64,000 nucleotides of DNA, taken from an uncultured delta proteobacterium (GTDB lineage Bacteria; Desulfobacterota; Deferrimicrobia; Deferrimicrobiales; Deferrimicrobiaceae). Below the pieces are notes generated by a model. That model had not been told where the DNA came from and ran no database searches. It saw only the letters and a program-made list of their open reading frames with translations. Below, in pieces: positions 29,740 through 39,762 of the stretch. Numbering within the stretch: the stretch's first letter is position 1; each line of letters opens with the position of its first letter. The stretch lies in the NCBI GenBank assembly GCA_963811025.1, contig CAWEPX010000027.1:219745-283744 (forward strand), read 5' to 3'. Both the position numbers and the translations under genes were made by a program.

Positions 29740-30114
29740 TTATACTTTTTCCAGGAGCCGCTGCAGCGCCTCCTCGCAGCCCAAGGTCCTCTCCAGTTCC
29801 TTGTCGGACCGGGGGAAGGCTTCCACGGGGTAGCGGTCCGTATCCTTCTCGAACACCAGGAGGGCGGGCACGTTCTTCCCGAAGTCTTCCTGGAGGGCCC
29901 CCTTCGCGCCGAACACCGCGCGCACCTGCGCCTTGGGACCCGTCAGCGCCGAGTTGTACGTCATGAAGGCAACCTGCTCGCCCTTGAGGTCGATGGCCTT
30001 GGCGTTTACCCCCTTGGCCGCCAGCTGGTTTACAAGCTCGACCGCCTTCGCGTTGTCGGTGGTGAACGTGGAGCCGGGAGGAACCGTGCTGTCGTAATAG
30101 AATTCCACTTTCAT
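29740..30114 (-). CDS. Hypothetical protein (124 aa)
   Basis: MKVEFYYDSTVPPGSTF...; SD AAGGAGGG 8 nt upstream of ATG 30114. No family recognised. Confidence 0.55.
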   Translation of the reverse strand: MKVEFYYDSTVPPGSTFTTDNAKAVELVNQLAAKGVNAKAIDLKGEQVAFMTYNSALTGPKAQVRAVFGAKGALQEDFGKNVPALLVFEKDTDRYPVEAFPRSDKELERTLGCEEALQRLLEKV

Positions 30115-30159
30115 GATCGTAGACCCTCCTTTGAAGAAATGATGAACGGAAGAATTCCC

Positions 30160-30219
30160 CTCATAAAAAGGCAAAATCCACGGCCGCACCCGATTTCCCC
30201 CAAAGGCGGCCGTGGATTT
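30160..30219 (-). terminator. Rho-independent terminator after the small Cys-rich ORF
   Basis: 13-bp perfect stem aatccacggccgc...gcggccgtggatt followed by a U-tract on the minus-strand RNA. Confidence 0.6.
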
Positions 30220-30270
30220 GCCGCGTCGCTAATCTATCAGACCGGCGACGGTCGGTTCAAGAGAACTTTT

Positions 30271-30444
30271 TTACTTTTTCTCGAAGAAGCCGCACTCTCC
30301 CTCGATCCCGTCCTGCTTCGGAATGTTGACGGCGTATGGCCACTCGAGCTTCAGGCACGCCCCCATGTAGACCTTGCTGATTTCCGGGTCGAGGGCCTTG
30401 CTGAAGTTCTTGCAATTCTGGCAATCGGGAACGATTTTCGCCAC
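30271..30444 (-). CDS. Small Cys-rich protein (57 aa, GTG start), not in the ORF track
   Basis: VAKIVPDCQNCKNFSKALDPEISKVYMGACLKLEWPYAVNIPKQDGIEGECGFFEKK; SD AGGAGGG 5 nt upstream of the GTG; CxxC plus two additional Cys. Confidence 0.5.
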   Translation of the reverse strand: MAKIVPDCQNCKNFSKALDPEISKVYMGACLKLEWPYAVNIPKQDGIEGECGFFEKK

Positions 30445-30480
30445 GATAATCCCTCCTATCTGAAAAAAATGGTCAAGCGA

Positions 30481-30876
30481 TCAGATGCCCGTGTAGAACA
30501 TCTTCGGGATGCTGCCGACCAGCTCCTCGGCCGTAAGCGGCGCACCGGATACGGCCTTCCCGCGGACGCTCTTCTTGATCGGGATCGGTTTCCCCTGGAA
30601 GTCTTCCCGGGCCTGCGGCGCGTCGGCCACCTTCCCCTTGGTAGTGATCGGCTTCCAGTCCTTGCTCTGCGCGAATCCGGGCAGCTTGTCGTGTGGCGCC
30701 TTCCCTTCCTTCGGGGGGCCCTGCCGGTGGCCGTTTTCGAGCGCGTACTCCCAGATCGCGTCGCACCCGGCGCATTTTATCTTCCCCTTGAAATTCCAGA
30801 AGGTGAAGGGGTCGAGATAATTGATCGTATCGCACTTGGGGCATTGGAGAATCAACGACGCTTCCTTAAATGGCAT
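30481..30876 (-). CDS. Zinc-ribbon hypothetical protein
   Basis: CPKCDT...CAGCDA Zn-ribbon; SD AAGGGGGAAAG upstream of the ATG. Confidence 0.6.
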   Translation of the reverse strand: MPFKEASLILQCPKCDTINYLDPFTFWNFKGKIKCAGCDAIWEYALENGHRQGPPKEGKAPHDKLPGFAQSKDWKPITTKGKVADAPQAREDFQGKPIPIKKSVRGKAVSGAPLTAEELVGSIPKMFYTGI

Positions 30877-30897
30877 CGACTTTCCCCCTTTCGTAGT

Positions 30898-32233
30898 TTA
30901 GATGATCTCTTTCTCTTCCAGCTCCTTGATGTGGGATCCGCTGAACCCGCACAGCTTGGCCAGGATGTGCTCGTTGTCCGCGCCGACCGGCTTGAAGGTC
31001 CACCGGACGCGGGGCGGCGTCTCGGACATCAGGCAGGGAAGCACCTGCGTCAGCACGTCGCCGAAGGTCGGGTCGTCGATCCAAGCCAGCGACCCGCGGA
31101 GGTGGAAGTGCTCCTGGTTCGAGACCTCCTTGGAGTTCCACACCGGCTGGGAGACGAGCCCGGCCTTCTTGAACTCTTCCCAGACCTGCTCTTTCGTCTT
31201 GTCTGCCGCCCACTTTTCGAGCTCGGGGTAGATGGCCACCTGCGCGTCCGCCCCTACCCGGTCCGCGTGGGTCGGGTATTTCTTCGCAAGGTCCGGCTTC
31301 CCGACGAGCTTGCAAAGATTCGCGAAGTCCTCGTCCTTGTAGGCCGAAACGAAGCAGAAGCCGACCTCCTGCTCCTGCGGGTTCTTCGAGTTCGGGTAGG
31401 ACGACTTCCCGCACTTTAAGATCCCGTGCACGCAAAGGAGCGGATCATAATTCCCGAACCGCTGTGCGACGATCCCCGTCCGCCCGTAGAGGGAGATGAG
31501 ATCGGTCAGGTGCCTCTGGGCGCCGTGCACCTGGGAATATTCCAGGAAGTTCCCCTTGCCCGAGACGTTGTCGCGCCAGTAGAGGCAGGCGATGATGTTG
31601 AAGGCCGAGATGGCGCCGCCCCAGTAGTCCATGATCCAGATGGTCTGCTTGGAGGGCATCCCGCCCATTTCCTTGTGCCATCCGGTGATCGAGAAGCAGC
31701 CGCCCTGGGCCTGGCCGAGGATGTCGTAGGAAGCGCGGTTCCGCCCCGGGCCCCAGCCGCCAAATCCCCCCATCCACTGGTAGATGACGCGGGGGTTGAC
31801 CTCGTGCATGCTGCCGGTACCCGATCCCCCAACGGTCGAAGGTGCCCGCCCGGTAGTTCTCGGCGAAGACGTCGGTCTTGGCCGCCAGCCGCTTCATGAT
31901 CTGGATCGCTTCCGGCTTGTGGAAGTCGAGCGACAGGAAATACTCGTTCGGGTTCGCGCCGAAGAAGCCCAGCCCCGTCCCCTTGTCCGGCATCCACCGG
32001 GAGAGGGGATAGAGGAACGGCTCGTTGAACGGCGTGGTGTGCCGCATCGGCTCGCCCCGCTTGGGCAGCTCGACCTTGATCGTCTCGGCGCCCAGCTCGG
32101 CGAGGTAGCTTGCGCAGGAGGGGCCGAGAATGTACTGGGTCGTGGAGACCGCCCGGATCCCTTTCAGGGTCTCGGGCTTCTCGAACCGCTTCGTCGTATC
32201 GAAAACGGTCCGACAGAAATCCTCGAACGTCAT
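30898..32233 (-). CDS. Family III CoA-transferase (CaiB/BaiF/Frc type), interrupted by a frameshift near 31806-31815
   Basis: N-terminal ORF 31445..32233 (...LGPSCASYLAELGAETIKVE..., ...AENYRAGTFDRWGIGYRQ) and C-terminal ORF 30898..31809 (HEVNPRVIYQWMGGFGGWGP...) together make a 445-aa CaiB-family protein. Confidence 0.85.
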
Positions 32234-32266
32234 ATCTTTCAGGTTTTTCGCTGACCGCAGCAGTCA

Positions 32267-33733
32267 TTAGATCACCCCTCCCTTCCGAAGAGCTGCCAGT
32301 TTCTCGCGATCCAGGCCGGCGAGGCGGCGATAGACGTCCTCGTTGTCCTGGCCGACCGTGCGGCCGATCCACTTGATCCGGCCCGGCGTGTTGCTGCCGA
32401 TGAAGCTGGAGGCCCCGAGGAGGACCTTCCCGTAATTGACGTCATCGCAGATCTCGATGTGGCCGCGGTATTTGTAATGCGGGAACTCGCACACCTCGTC
32501 GAGGAAGGAGACGCCTCCGGAAGCCACTTCCTCTTCCTGGAGCGCCTTCTCGCACTCGGCCCGGGTCTTGTCCTTGGTCCAGTCGCACATCGTGGTGTAG
32601 GTCTCGACCTGCATGTAGTGCGGCAGCCGGTCGGTCACCACGCGCAGCTTCGGGTCCTCGCAGATGTGCTGCTCGAGCTCGGGCCTGTCTTTCCCGACGG
32701 TCCGCCAGATCCGGAACCAGAGGCGGTCGTGCCCGCCGCCGACCATGATCTGCCCGTCGGCGCACGGGTTCACGGCATAGATGTTGATCGCCAGGTCCCA
32801 GTTCCCGTAGCGGGGTCGGACCGAGCCGTCCATCCCGTACCAGCCCCAGTTGTAGTCGATGATCCGCATGACGCCCTCGGCCGCCGTGCCTTCCACGAAC
32901 TGGCCTTTCCCGAGGAACTTCTCCCGGGCGTAGAGGGCCGCCATCGCGCCCATCGCCGCGAAGGTGCCGCCGACCTGGTCGGCGAGCCACCAGCCGGAGC
33001 GGGTCGGCGTCCCGCCGAACGACACCGGCGCACCGGTCCCGTGCATGAAGCCCATCGAGCACTGCCCGACCGGATCCATCGATACCCGGCTGGTCCTTGA
33101 GCGGGCCCCACTGGCCGCGCTCGCCCACCCAGAGGTAGATGAGCCGCGGGTTGATCTCGGAGAGCTGCCGGTAGCCGATCCCCAGCTTGTCGTAGTGCCC
33201 CGGGGGCGCGTTCTCGATCAGGATGTCGACCTGCGGGATGATCTGCTTCAGGAGCGCCTGGCCCTCTTTCGTCTCCACGTTGAGGGTGACGGAGAGCTTG
33301 TTTCTCGCCTCGGCGAGGAACCGGGGCTGCACTTCTCGCCGTTGGCTGCGGCGAACTTGTATTCCTCGCGTCCGAAAGGCGCCCACTGGCGAAGCGGGTC
33401 GCCGCCCGTCGGCTCGACCATGATGACCTCGGCTCCCAGTTCCGAGAAGTGGGAGGAGCACCAGTGGCCGATGATCTGGTTCGCCGTCATGTCCAGGACG
33501 CGGATTCCGTCCAGGGATTCCGGTTTGTCCGGGTTGAACTGCTGCCGGACCTGGGCCTCGACCCAGAGGGAATATTCCTTCCGTTTTTCGTCTACGCCCG
33601 CATATACCTCATCGACCGTCGGCGGCGGGAACGGCGGGCCACGGAAGGACCTTGATTGTCGGCCGTTTCTTTTCTGTACGCCACTTTTCAGCCATTCTCC
33701 CCCTCCTTGACAATTTTCCTTGCAACAGCACAC
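32267..33733 (-). CDS. Second family III CoA-transferase paralog, interrupted by at least 2 frameshifts (~33080-33090, ~33330-33345); start uncertain
   Basis: Pieces: ...LDGIRVLDMTANQIIGHWCSSHFSELGAEVIMVEP...; ...FLAEARNKLSVTLNVETKEGQALL...INPRLIYLWVGERGQWGP...; MDPVGQCSMGFMHGTGAP...LADQVGGTFAAMGAMAAL.... These match CaiB-family order; consecutive pieces join by single-base indels. Confidence 0.8.
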
Positions 33734-33843
33734 TTCAACACCAACTATTCACTGTAGGCTTCGCGCCCAGCATCTCCCGTATCTCCCGCTGGTCCCCCCT
33801 TTCCGCTTTCCCCCGGGAGATAGAGAAAAACGATGCCTCCACC

Positions 33844-33862
33844 CCCGTTTTTTAAAAACGGG
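33844..33862. promoter_or_regulatory. Near-perfect palindrome CCCGTTTTT(T)AAAAACGGG in an AT-rich 5' leader
   Basis: 9-bp arms with a 1-nt centre, inside an AT-rich island (33840-33960) in a ~65% GC genome: a candidate operator or hairpin. Confidence 0.35.
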
Positions 33863-33926
33863 AAAACTCCATACAGATCAGGATTTTTTACCGGGCCTGA
33901 CGAACTGCTTTAGAAATATGTTTTAT

Positions 33927-33956
33927 TTTATATCGCCAAAGAGATGAGCGTGTCAA
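33927..33956 (-). promoter_or_regulatory. Sigma-70-type promoter TTGACA-N18-TATAAA reading toward the CoA-transferase operon
   Basis: Minus-strand sequence TTGACAcgctcatctctttggcgaTATAAAAT; the -35 hexamer is consensus. Confidence 0.5.
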
Positions 33957-33968
33957 GCGAATTTTTAT

Positions 33969-34175
33969 TTATAAAACCTTTTTTTGGCGCTTGAGGATCA
34001 TGTGGCTTCCCACCGTGCCGTAGGCGATGCCGTCCCGGTTCGGCGCGATGAGCGGAATGGCCGAAACAAGCTCCCACCCGTCATTGCCCGCCTCGTGCAG
34101 CCAATCCATGTCCGTCGTCAATCCTTCGGGGGTCTCCTTGAACATAACGATTTTTTCCATGTATTCCAACGTCAT
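33969..34175 (-). CDS. Small hypothetical protein (68 aa), translationally coupled (ATGA) to the upstream gene
   Basis: MTLEYMEKIVMFKETPEGLTTDMDWLHEAGNDGWELVSAIPLIAPNRDGIAYGTVGSHMILKRQKKVL; its ATG overlaps the stop of the 457-aa gene. Confidence 0.5.
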   Translation of the reverse strand: MTLEYMEKIVMFKETPEGLTTDMDWLHEAGNDGWELVSAIPLIAPNRDGIAYGTVGSHMILKRQKKVL

Positions 34176-35546
34176 AGGTCAGTTTCCTCCTCCTCCAGGG
34201 TGGTGGAGCGGTATCCCGGCCGTTTCCGCGATCCTCGCGCGGATGGCGTCGAAAATCTCCTGTCTTTTCCCCTCTGTGTTTGTGCCATCATCCGCAGGGC
34301 AAGGATCGTGATCTGGTCGTAGAGCCTCTTCACTCCTTCCCCTTCCCGCTCTCCCCCAAGAGTTTTCAATATCGAACCATGGTTGGAGATAAACTTTTCT
34401 TTCGTCAGAAGGGCGATCTGCCGCCCGGCGTCACCCAGTTCGGCGGGGGTTGCGGCATGAAGGAAACGTGCGAGATGGCGGGCCATCATCGCCTGGTCCA
34501 TCCGGGCATTGTCCTCCCGCAGGATGCGAAGTTTCTCCTCTTCGGGCATCAGTTTCCATACGACGAAGGAGACCGGACCCGTCATGGCCATCCGCCCCGT
34601 GGCGTACCGGTCGAAAAAGTAGGTGATCAGCCGGTCATTGACGGATCCGGCGATGGCCAGGATCAGCTCCCGCAAAGCGTTGCCCGGGATTTCATAAAAG
34701 GCGGGGAACCGGACCATGAACGGGGATACGATCTCCCGGGTCTCCTCGGTAGTCAGGATGTCCAGGTGGACGAGGGCGGACAGGCGCAAGTCCTTTAGCG
34801 ACATCGTCTTCAGGGTCATGCCAAGCTCCCGGAGCTTCCACCCCGGCGGGGCCTCCCGGGGATACCTCTCCATCCCGGGCCCCAGCAACGACTCCGGGTC
34901 GGCGGGGAGCCCCGCGGCCTTCGCGGCGGCGATCCGGATCCGCGGCAGGACCTTTTCGCACTCCTCGATCGATTTCGCGGCGACCGCGCTTTCCACGAGG
35001 CGTGCGATCTCGCGGGCAACAGTGTGCAGATCGGGCAAGGACTCTCCCGCAAGCCGATCCAACAGATCAAAATACAAAGCGAATTCAAGGACCCCCTCGT
35101 TGAAGCCGGGATCCGAGAGCATGTACGGCCGGAAGAGCATCCCCATGCGCGCGATCTCCCGGCGCAGCTGCAGCGGGGGGATCTCTTCCAAATGTTCCGC
35201 CATCTTGGGCCACTTTTCCCGGACCGCGATCTCCTGATATTCTTCCTGCGTGAGGTGGGGGGGGAAAAATCGCTCTCCGTCCTTCTTTTTCTCCTCGAGC
35301 TCCGCCACGGCGTATTCGGTGTACACCGGTACGAAATTCCTTCGCGAAGGCCCGAAGCTCGTTCTCCGTCCAGTACTCGGTGTATCCCGCGAGGAGTTTT
35401 CCCCGCGCCTCCTCGTCGAGACAATCCCCGAAGATCCGCATCGTGAACCGGAGGTGCCCCTCCTCCAGTTTTTCGAGGTTCGCCATGATGTTGGCGCTGC
35501 GATCTTCGAGCCGGCGACGGACCAGTTCGACGTAGGATTCGATCAT
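34172..35546 (-). CDS. Hypothetical protein (~457 aa), interrupted by a frameshift in an A3/T3 run at ~35336-35338
   Basis: ORF 35085..35597 (MIESYVELVRRRLEDRSANIMANLEKLEEGHLRF...ELRAFAKEF) continues as VPVYTEYAVAELEEKKKDGERFF... (ORF 34172..35326) after removing one base from TTT. No family recognised. Confidence 0.6.
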
Positions 35547-35792
35547 CCCGCCATCCCTTCGCAGGGGTTCCACGAAACGAGGGCAACGAGGATCCATCGG
35601 GCGGCGGAGGAACGAACGGAAACTTTACGGTAGTTCAGGGACAATGACGTCTCCTCGGGGATCCGGTGGATTCCCCATTCCCGGGAATGGGGGAGAAGAT
35701 CCTTCATATTATATAAAGCATCACGCGGCCCAAGGGTGCCGCAACGACCGCATCCTGTTACCACAGATCGGAAGAAACGCAATGGATTCCGG

Positions 35793-36162
35793 CTATTTCC
35801 CCTCCCCCGACACCTTCTTGCGGAGCATGCCCACCATCCGGTCGGCGAGGAACGCCTCCATCCCGCTTGCGTAATATTCGTCCTCGAGCCATTCCGCGAT
35901 ATGGGCGCGCAGTTCCCGCACGATGTTCAAGTCCGGGTCCATCACGAACACGACGATGCACCGGTCGTCCCCGTCGTAGAACCGGAAGGCGAAAAGACCT
36001 CTCGGGAAGAGTATGGAGGTCGATTCCCACCACGTCCGCCGCCCACAGGTCGAGCGCCCGCTTCAGCCCGGTCGCGGTATAGATCCTGTCGCCGACGGCG
36101 ACGGACTCCTCCCCGGACCAGAGCGGCCCGAATTCTTTTTCTATCTGCTCTTTTTCGCTCAA
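35793..36162 (-). CDS. Hypothetical protein (~123 aa), interrupted by a frameshift at ~35999-36004
   Basis: MSEKEQIEKEFGPLWSGEESVAVGDRIYTATGLKRALDLWAADVVGIDLHTLPE joins to RGLFAFRFYDGDDRCIVVFVMDPDLNIVRELRAHIAEWLEDEYYASGMEAFLADRMVGMLRKKVSGEGK with a one-base change in gagagg. Confidence 0.55.
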
Positions 36163-36321
36163 TTCCCTCCCCTTCCGCCCCCGCGAACGAATGTGCCCTG
36201 CTCCCGGTCGGCGTTCACCAGAGGTCTATATGTACACTTCGGCTTCCGGGCATGTCAAGCCAAACCAGAATATCGTTTTACGGCGGAACGAAAATCGTTT
36301 GGAATTCGAATGGATGCTTCC

Positions 36322-36351
36322 CTTGACACCTCGCAGGGGCAGCGGATACAA
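36322..36351 (+). promoter_or_regulatory. Sigma-70-type promoter TTGACA-N18-TACAAT upstream of hemL
   Basis: cTTGACAcctcgcaggggcagcggaTACAATtcg ~50 nt upstream of the hemL ATG; SD GGGAGGAAT. Confidence 0.5.
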
Positions 36352-36401
36352 TTCGCCCACCTTATTTTCTACCTGTTCGGCGGCCAGGGAGGAATGCCCG
36401 G

Positions 36402-37698
36402 ATGAAAACGGAGAATTCGCGGAAACTGTTCCGGCAGGCGCAAAAATTGATCCCGGGCGGGGTCAACTCGCCCGTCCGGGCGTTCCGGTCGGTCGGGGGC
36501 ACGCCGCTGTTCGTCGCGAAGGCGAAAGGTGCCACCGTGACGGACGCGGACGGGAACACGTTCCTCGATTACGTCTCCTCCTGGGGCCCGATGATCCTGG
36601 GCCATGCCCACCCGAAGATCGTTTCCGCGATCCGCAGCGCCGCGGGGCGGGGGACGAGCTACGGGGCGCCCACGGCCGGAGAGGTCGCGCTTGCCCGTCT
36701 CATCCACAGGTCCTTCCCCTCGATCGAGAAGGTCCGGCTGGTCTCTTCGGGGACCGAGGCGGCGATGAGCGCCGTCCGCCTGGCGCGGGGCTTCACGGGT
36801 CGGGACAAGATCGTGAAGTTCGAGGGGTGCTATCACGGCCACGCCGACCCGATGCTGGTCAAGGCAGGTTCGGGGGCGCTCACCTTCGGGCAGCCGGACT
36901 CCCCGGGCGTCCCGGCGGACACCGCAAAGCACACCCTGACCGCAACCTTCAACGACGCCTCTTCCGTGCGGCGGCTATTCGACCGGAACCGGGGACAGAT
37001 CGCCGCCGTGATCGTCGAACCGATTCCCGGCAACATGGGGGTTGTTCTCCCGGCCCCCGGGTTTCTGGACGAACTGCGGGAGATCACCCGGGCTGCGGGA
37101 GCCCTTCTCGTCTTCGACGAGGTGATCACCGGTTTCCGGGTGGCTTTCGGAGGGGCCCAGGAACTGTTCGGGATCCAGCCCGACCTGACCGTGCTCGGGA
37201 AGATCATCGGGGGGGGGCTGCCCGTGGGGGCCTTCGGCGGCAGACGCGACGTGATGGCCGCCCTCTCCCCCGAAGGGCCCGTCTACCAGGCGGGAACCCT
37301 TTCGGGGAACCCGCTCGCGGTGGCCGCAGGGATCGCCGCCCTGACCGAGCTTTCGAAGAAAGGGGACCTACCGGAAACTCGCGGGGAAGGCCGACTACCT
37401 CGGCGAGGGGCTCCAGGGAGCCTTCCGGAAATCCGGCATCCCCACCTGGACCAACCGGGTCGGTTCGATGTGGACCACCTTTTTCCAGGAAGGCCCCGTC
37501 GTCGACTACGCGACGGCGAAAAAGAGCGACACGGCCGTCTACGGCCGGTATTTTCACGGGATGCTGGCCCGGGGCGTCTACCTCGCCCCTTCGCAGTTCG
37601 AGGCGGGATTCGTCTCCCTTGCCCACACGCGACGGGACCTCGACCGGACGATCGGGGCGGCGCGGGAGACCCTCCGGGGAGAGGGAGCACGAAGGTAG
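36402..37698 (+). CDS. hemL: Glutamate-1-semialdehyde 2,1-aminomutase, interrupted by a +1 insertion at ~37365-37368
   Basis: [28 protein letters not shown]...[43 protein letters not shown]. The C-terminus [54 protein letters not shown] is in ORF 37468..37698; removing one C in gacc restores ...[20 protein letters not shown].... Confidence 0.9.
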
Positions 37699-37789
37699 AT
37701 TCGCCGTCGGGAAAAGGATATCCTCCGGAAAGCGGTTTTCCGGTTGACGGCCCTCGAGGTATTGTGATAGGTAACAGGGGTTTATCGAC

Positions 37790-38056
37790 GTGACCGACAG
37801 ACAGGATCGCAGGACGCTCTTCCGGGAACTGGGAAAGTACAGCGCGCTGGGCCTCGAGTTGGCCATTTCGGTCATTCTCGGCCTGGCCATCGGGTATTAC
37901 CTGGACAAGTGGCTCGGGACCGGACCCTGGATGACGGTTATCTGGCTCGGGCTCGGGTTCGCAGCAGGGGTGAGAAGCCTCTACCGCGCCGCCCTCCGGT
38001 CGGGGAAAGACCTGGAGAAGGACGAAGAGGACAAGAGGAAACCCGGTGGAAGGTAA
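37790..38056 (+). CDS. atpZ: AtpZ/AtpR-like small membrane protein (putative F0F1-ATPase-associated subunit)
   Basis: 88 aa with two TM helices, ...[28 protein letters not shown]...; sits directly upstream of atpI/atpB. Confidence 0.65.
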   Translation: MTDRQDRRTLFRELGKYSALGLELAISVILGLAIGYYLDKWLGTGPWMTVIWLGLGFAAGVRSLYRAALRSGKDLEKDEEDKRKPGGR

Positions 38057-38483
38057 CGGACCCGGCGGGACGGGAGGGGCAACGGTGCCGGGAATCGGCC
38101 CCCCTCGCGAGGGGGACGGGACAGACCTCCTCACCTCCCGGTCCCTGGAGACGAAGATCCTGGTTTCCGCCGGGGTGATCCTTGCCGGGATAATCCTCTT
38201 CGGACGGTACCGGATGCTCCCGGGAGCCGCGTGCGGCGCAGCGATCGCCTACGGGAACTTCTACCTGATACGGAAGATCCTGGGGAAAGCATTCTCGTCC
38301 GAAGGGGGCCTGAAGAAGGGGTTCGTCGTCCAGTACATCCTGAAGTTCCTCGCTCTCGTGGCCATAGTGTACCTCGTGGTCCGGTCGGGACGCTTCGACA
38401 TCCTGGGGTTCCTGCTCGGCCTGTCGGCGCTGGTTTTGGGCGTCCTGCTCGAGGGGGTCTCCCGGGCGGTAGAAACCAAGTAA
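38046..38483 (+). CDS. atpI: ATP synthase protein I
   Basis: 145 aa, four hydrophobic segments, AtpI-like; directly precedes atpB. Confidence 0.7.
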   Translation: MEGNGPGGTGGATVPGIGPPREGDGTDLLTSRSLETKILVSAGVILAGIILFGRYRMLPGAACGAAIAYGNFYLIRKILGKAFSSEGGLKKGFVVQYILKFLALVAIVYLVVRSGRFDILGFLLGLSALVLGVLLEGVSRAVETK

Positions 38484-38503
38484 TTCTTCGGAGGGAACAC
38501 ACG

Positions 38504-39259
38504 ATGCGCAGATGGTGGGTTGGGCTTCTCGGGGTATCGCTTCTGCCGTCCACGGCGCTGGCGGCAGGGGGCCACGAGGCGTTTTCCTGGTTCGAACTGC
38601 TTCACCTGCCCGTCCCGCAATACGTCCTTTCCGCGATCATGATCGCGGTCCTGCTCGTGGCCATCTCCGCCGCATCCTTCCGGGGGAAGGAGACAGCCGA
38701 CCTGGTCGTCCCCGAGCCGAGGCTCACGATGCGCAACGTGTTCGAGCTCATCATGTCGTTCCTCATGAACCTCGCGGAGGACATCATCGGGCACAAGGCG
38801 AAGCGATACATCCCGCTGCTCGCCACCTCCTTCATCTTCATCCTCTTCATGAACCTGCTGGGGCTCATCCCGGGCTTCGTCCCGCCGACCGACAAGATGA
38901 ACATCACCGTCGGCCTGGCGGTCGTCATCTTCCTGTCCACGCACTATTACGGCGTCAAGGAACACGGGATCGCCTACTTCAAGCATTTCCTCGGTCCGGT
39001 ATGGTGGCTGGCGTGGCTGATCGCCCCGATCGAGATCATTTCCCACCTCGCCCGGCCGATGTCCCTGTCTCTTCGTCTCTTCGGGAATATCACCGGCGAC
39101 CATCTTGTCGTAGCGATCTTCCTGGGACTGGTTCCCTTCGTCGTCCCGTCGATCTTCTACGGCCTGGGGGTGTTCGTCTCATTCATGCAGGCATTCATCT
39201 TCACCGTGCTCTCCATGATCTACATCGGGGGTGCGGTCGCGCACGAAGAGGAGCACTGA
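38504..39259 (+). CDS. atpB: F0F1 ATP synthase subunit a
   Basis: MRRWWVGLLGVSLL... N-terminal extension, conserved ...PMSLSLRLFGNITGDHLV... (arginine of subunit a). ATG 38504 preceded by GGAGGG. Confidence 0.92.
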   Translation: MRRWWVGLLGVSLLPSTALAAGGHEAFSWFELLHLPVPQYVLSAIMIAVLLVAISAASFRGKETADLVVPEPRLTMRNVFELIMSFLMNLAEDIIGHKAKRYIPLLATSFIFILFMNLLGLIPGFVPPTDKMNITVGLAVVIFLSTHYYGVKEHGIAYFKHFLGPVWWLAWLIAPIEIISHLARPMSLSLRLFGNITGDHLVVAIFLGLVPFVVPSIFYGLGVFVSFMQAFIFTVLSMIYIGGAVAHEEEH

Positions 39260-39344
39260 CGGGACAACGGCATACGGCATCACCCCCGCCGGAGGGGCGG
39301 TACCACCCGGCGGGATCCCATACCAACGTAAAGGGGGGTACCCG

Positions 39345-39677
39345 ATGTACCGCAAAGTTTCCTTCACTTTTCTGCTCACACTGCTCTTTGTAGCAGTGGC
39401 CGCCGTGGCCTTCGCGGCTGAAGAAGGGGCTGCCGCAGGGATGAGCGACAGCGTCAAGGGCTTCATCGCGCTGGCCGCCGGATTCGGCATAGGAATCGCA
39501 TCCTTCGGAGGGGCGCTCGGCCAAGGCAAGGCGATTGCGTCCGGGCTGGAGGGAATCGCCCGCAACCCTTCCGCCCAGGCCAAGATCTTCATCCCGATGA
39601 TCGTCGGTCTCGCGCTGATCGAGTCGCTGGTCATCTACTCCCTGGTCATCGCATTCATCCTCGTCGGGAAGCTGTAG
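39345..39677 (+). CDS. atpE: F0F1 ATP synthase subunit c, with an N-terminal extension
   Basis: ...GFIALAAGFGIGIASFGGALGQGKAIASGLEGIARNPSAQAKIFIPMIVGLALIESLVIYSLVIAFILVGKL, c-ring helix hairpin with the conserved E. ATG 39345. Confidence 0.9.
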   Translation: MYRKVSFTFLLTLLFVAVAAVAFAAEEGAAAGMSDSVKGFIALAAGFGIGIASFGGALGQGKAIASGLEGIARNPSAQAKIFIPMIVGLALIESLVIYSLVIAFILVGKL

Positions 39678-39712
39678 ACCCGGCAACGCGACCAGGGAAA
39701 AACGCTTTACGA

Positions 39713-39746
39713 AAAGGGCTTCCCCGGAAGCCCTTTTCGTTTTTCC
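39713..39746. terminator. Bidirectional rho-independent terminator between atpE and the convergent bfr-like gene
   Basis: aaaagggcttccccggaagcccttttcgttttt: a GC stem flanked by A- and T-tracts. Confidence 0.7.
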
Positions 39747-39762
39747 GTTCCCGATCCGGCGC

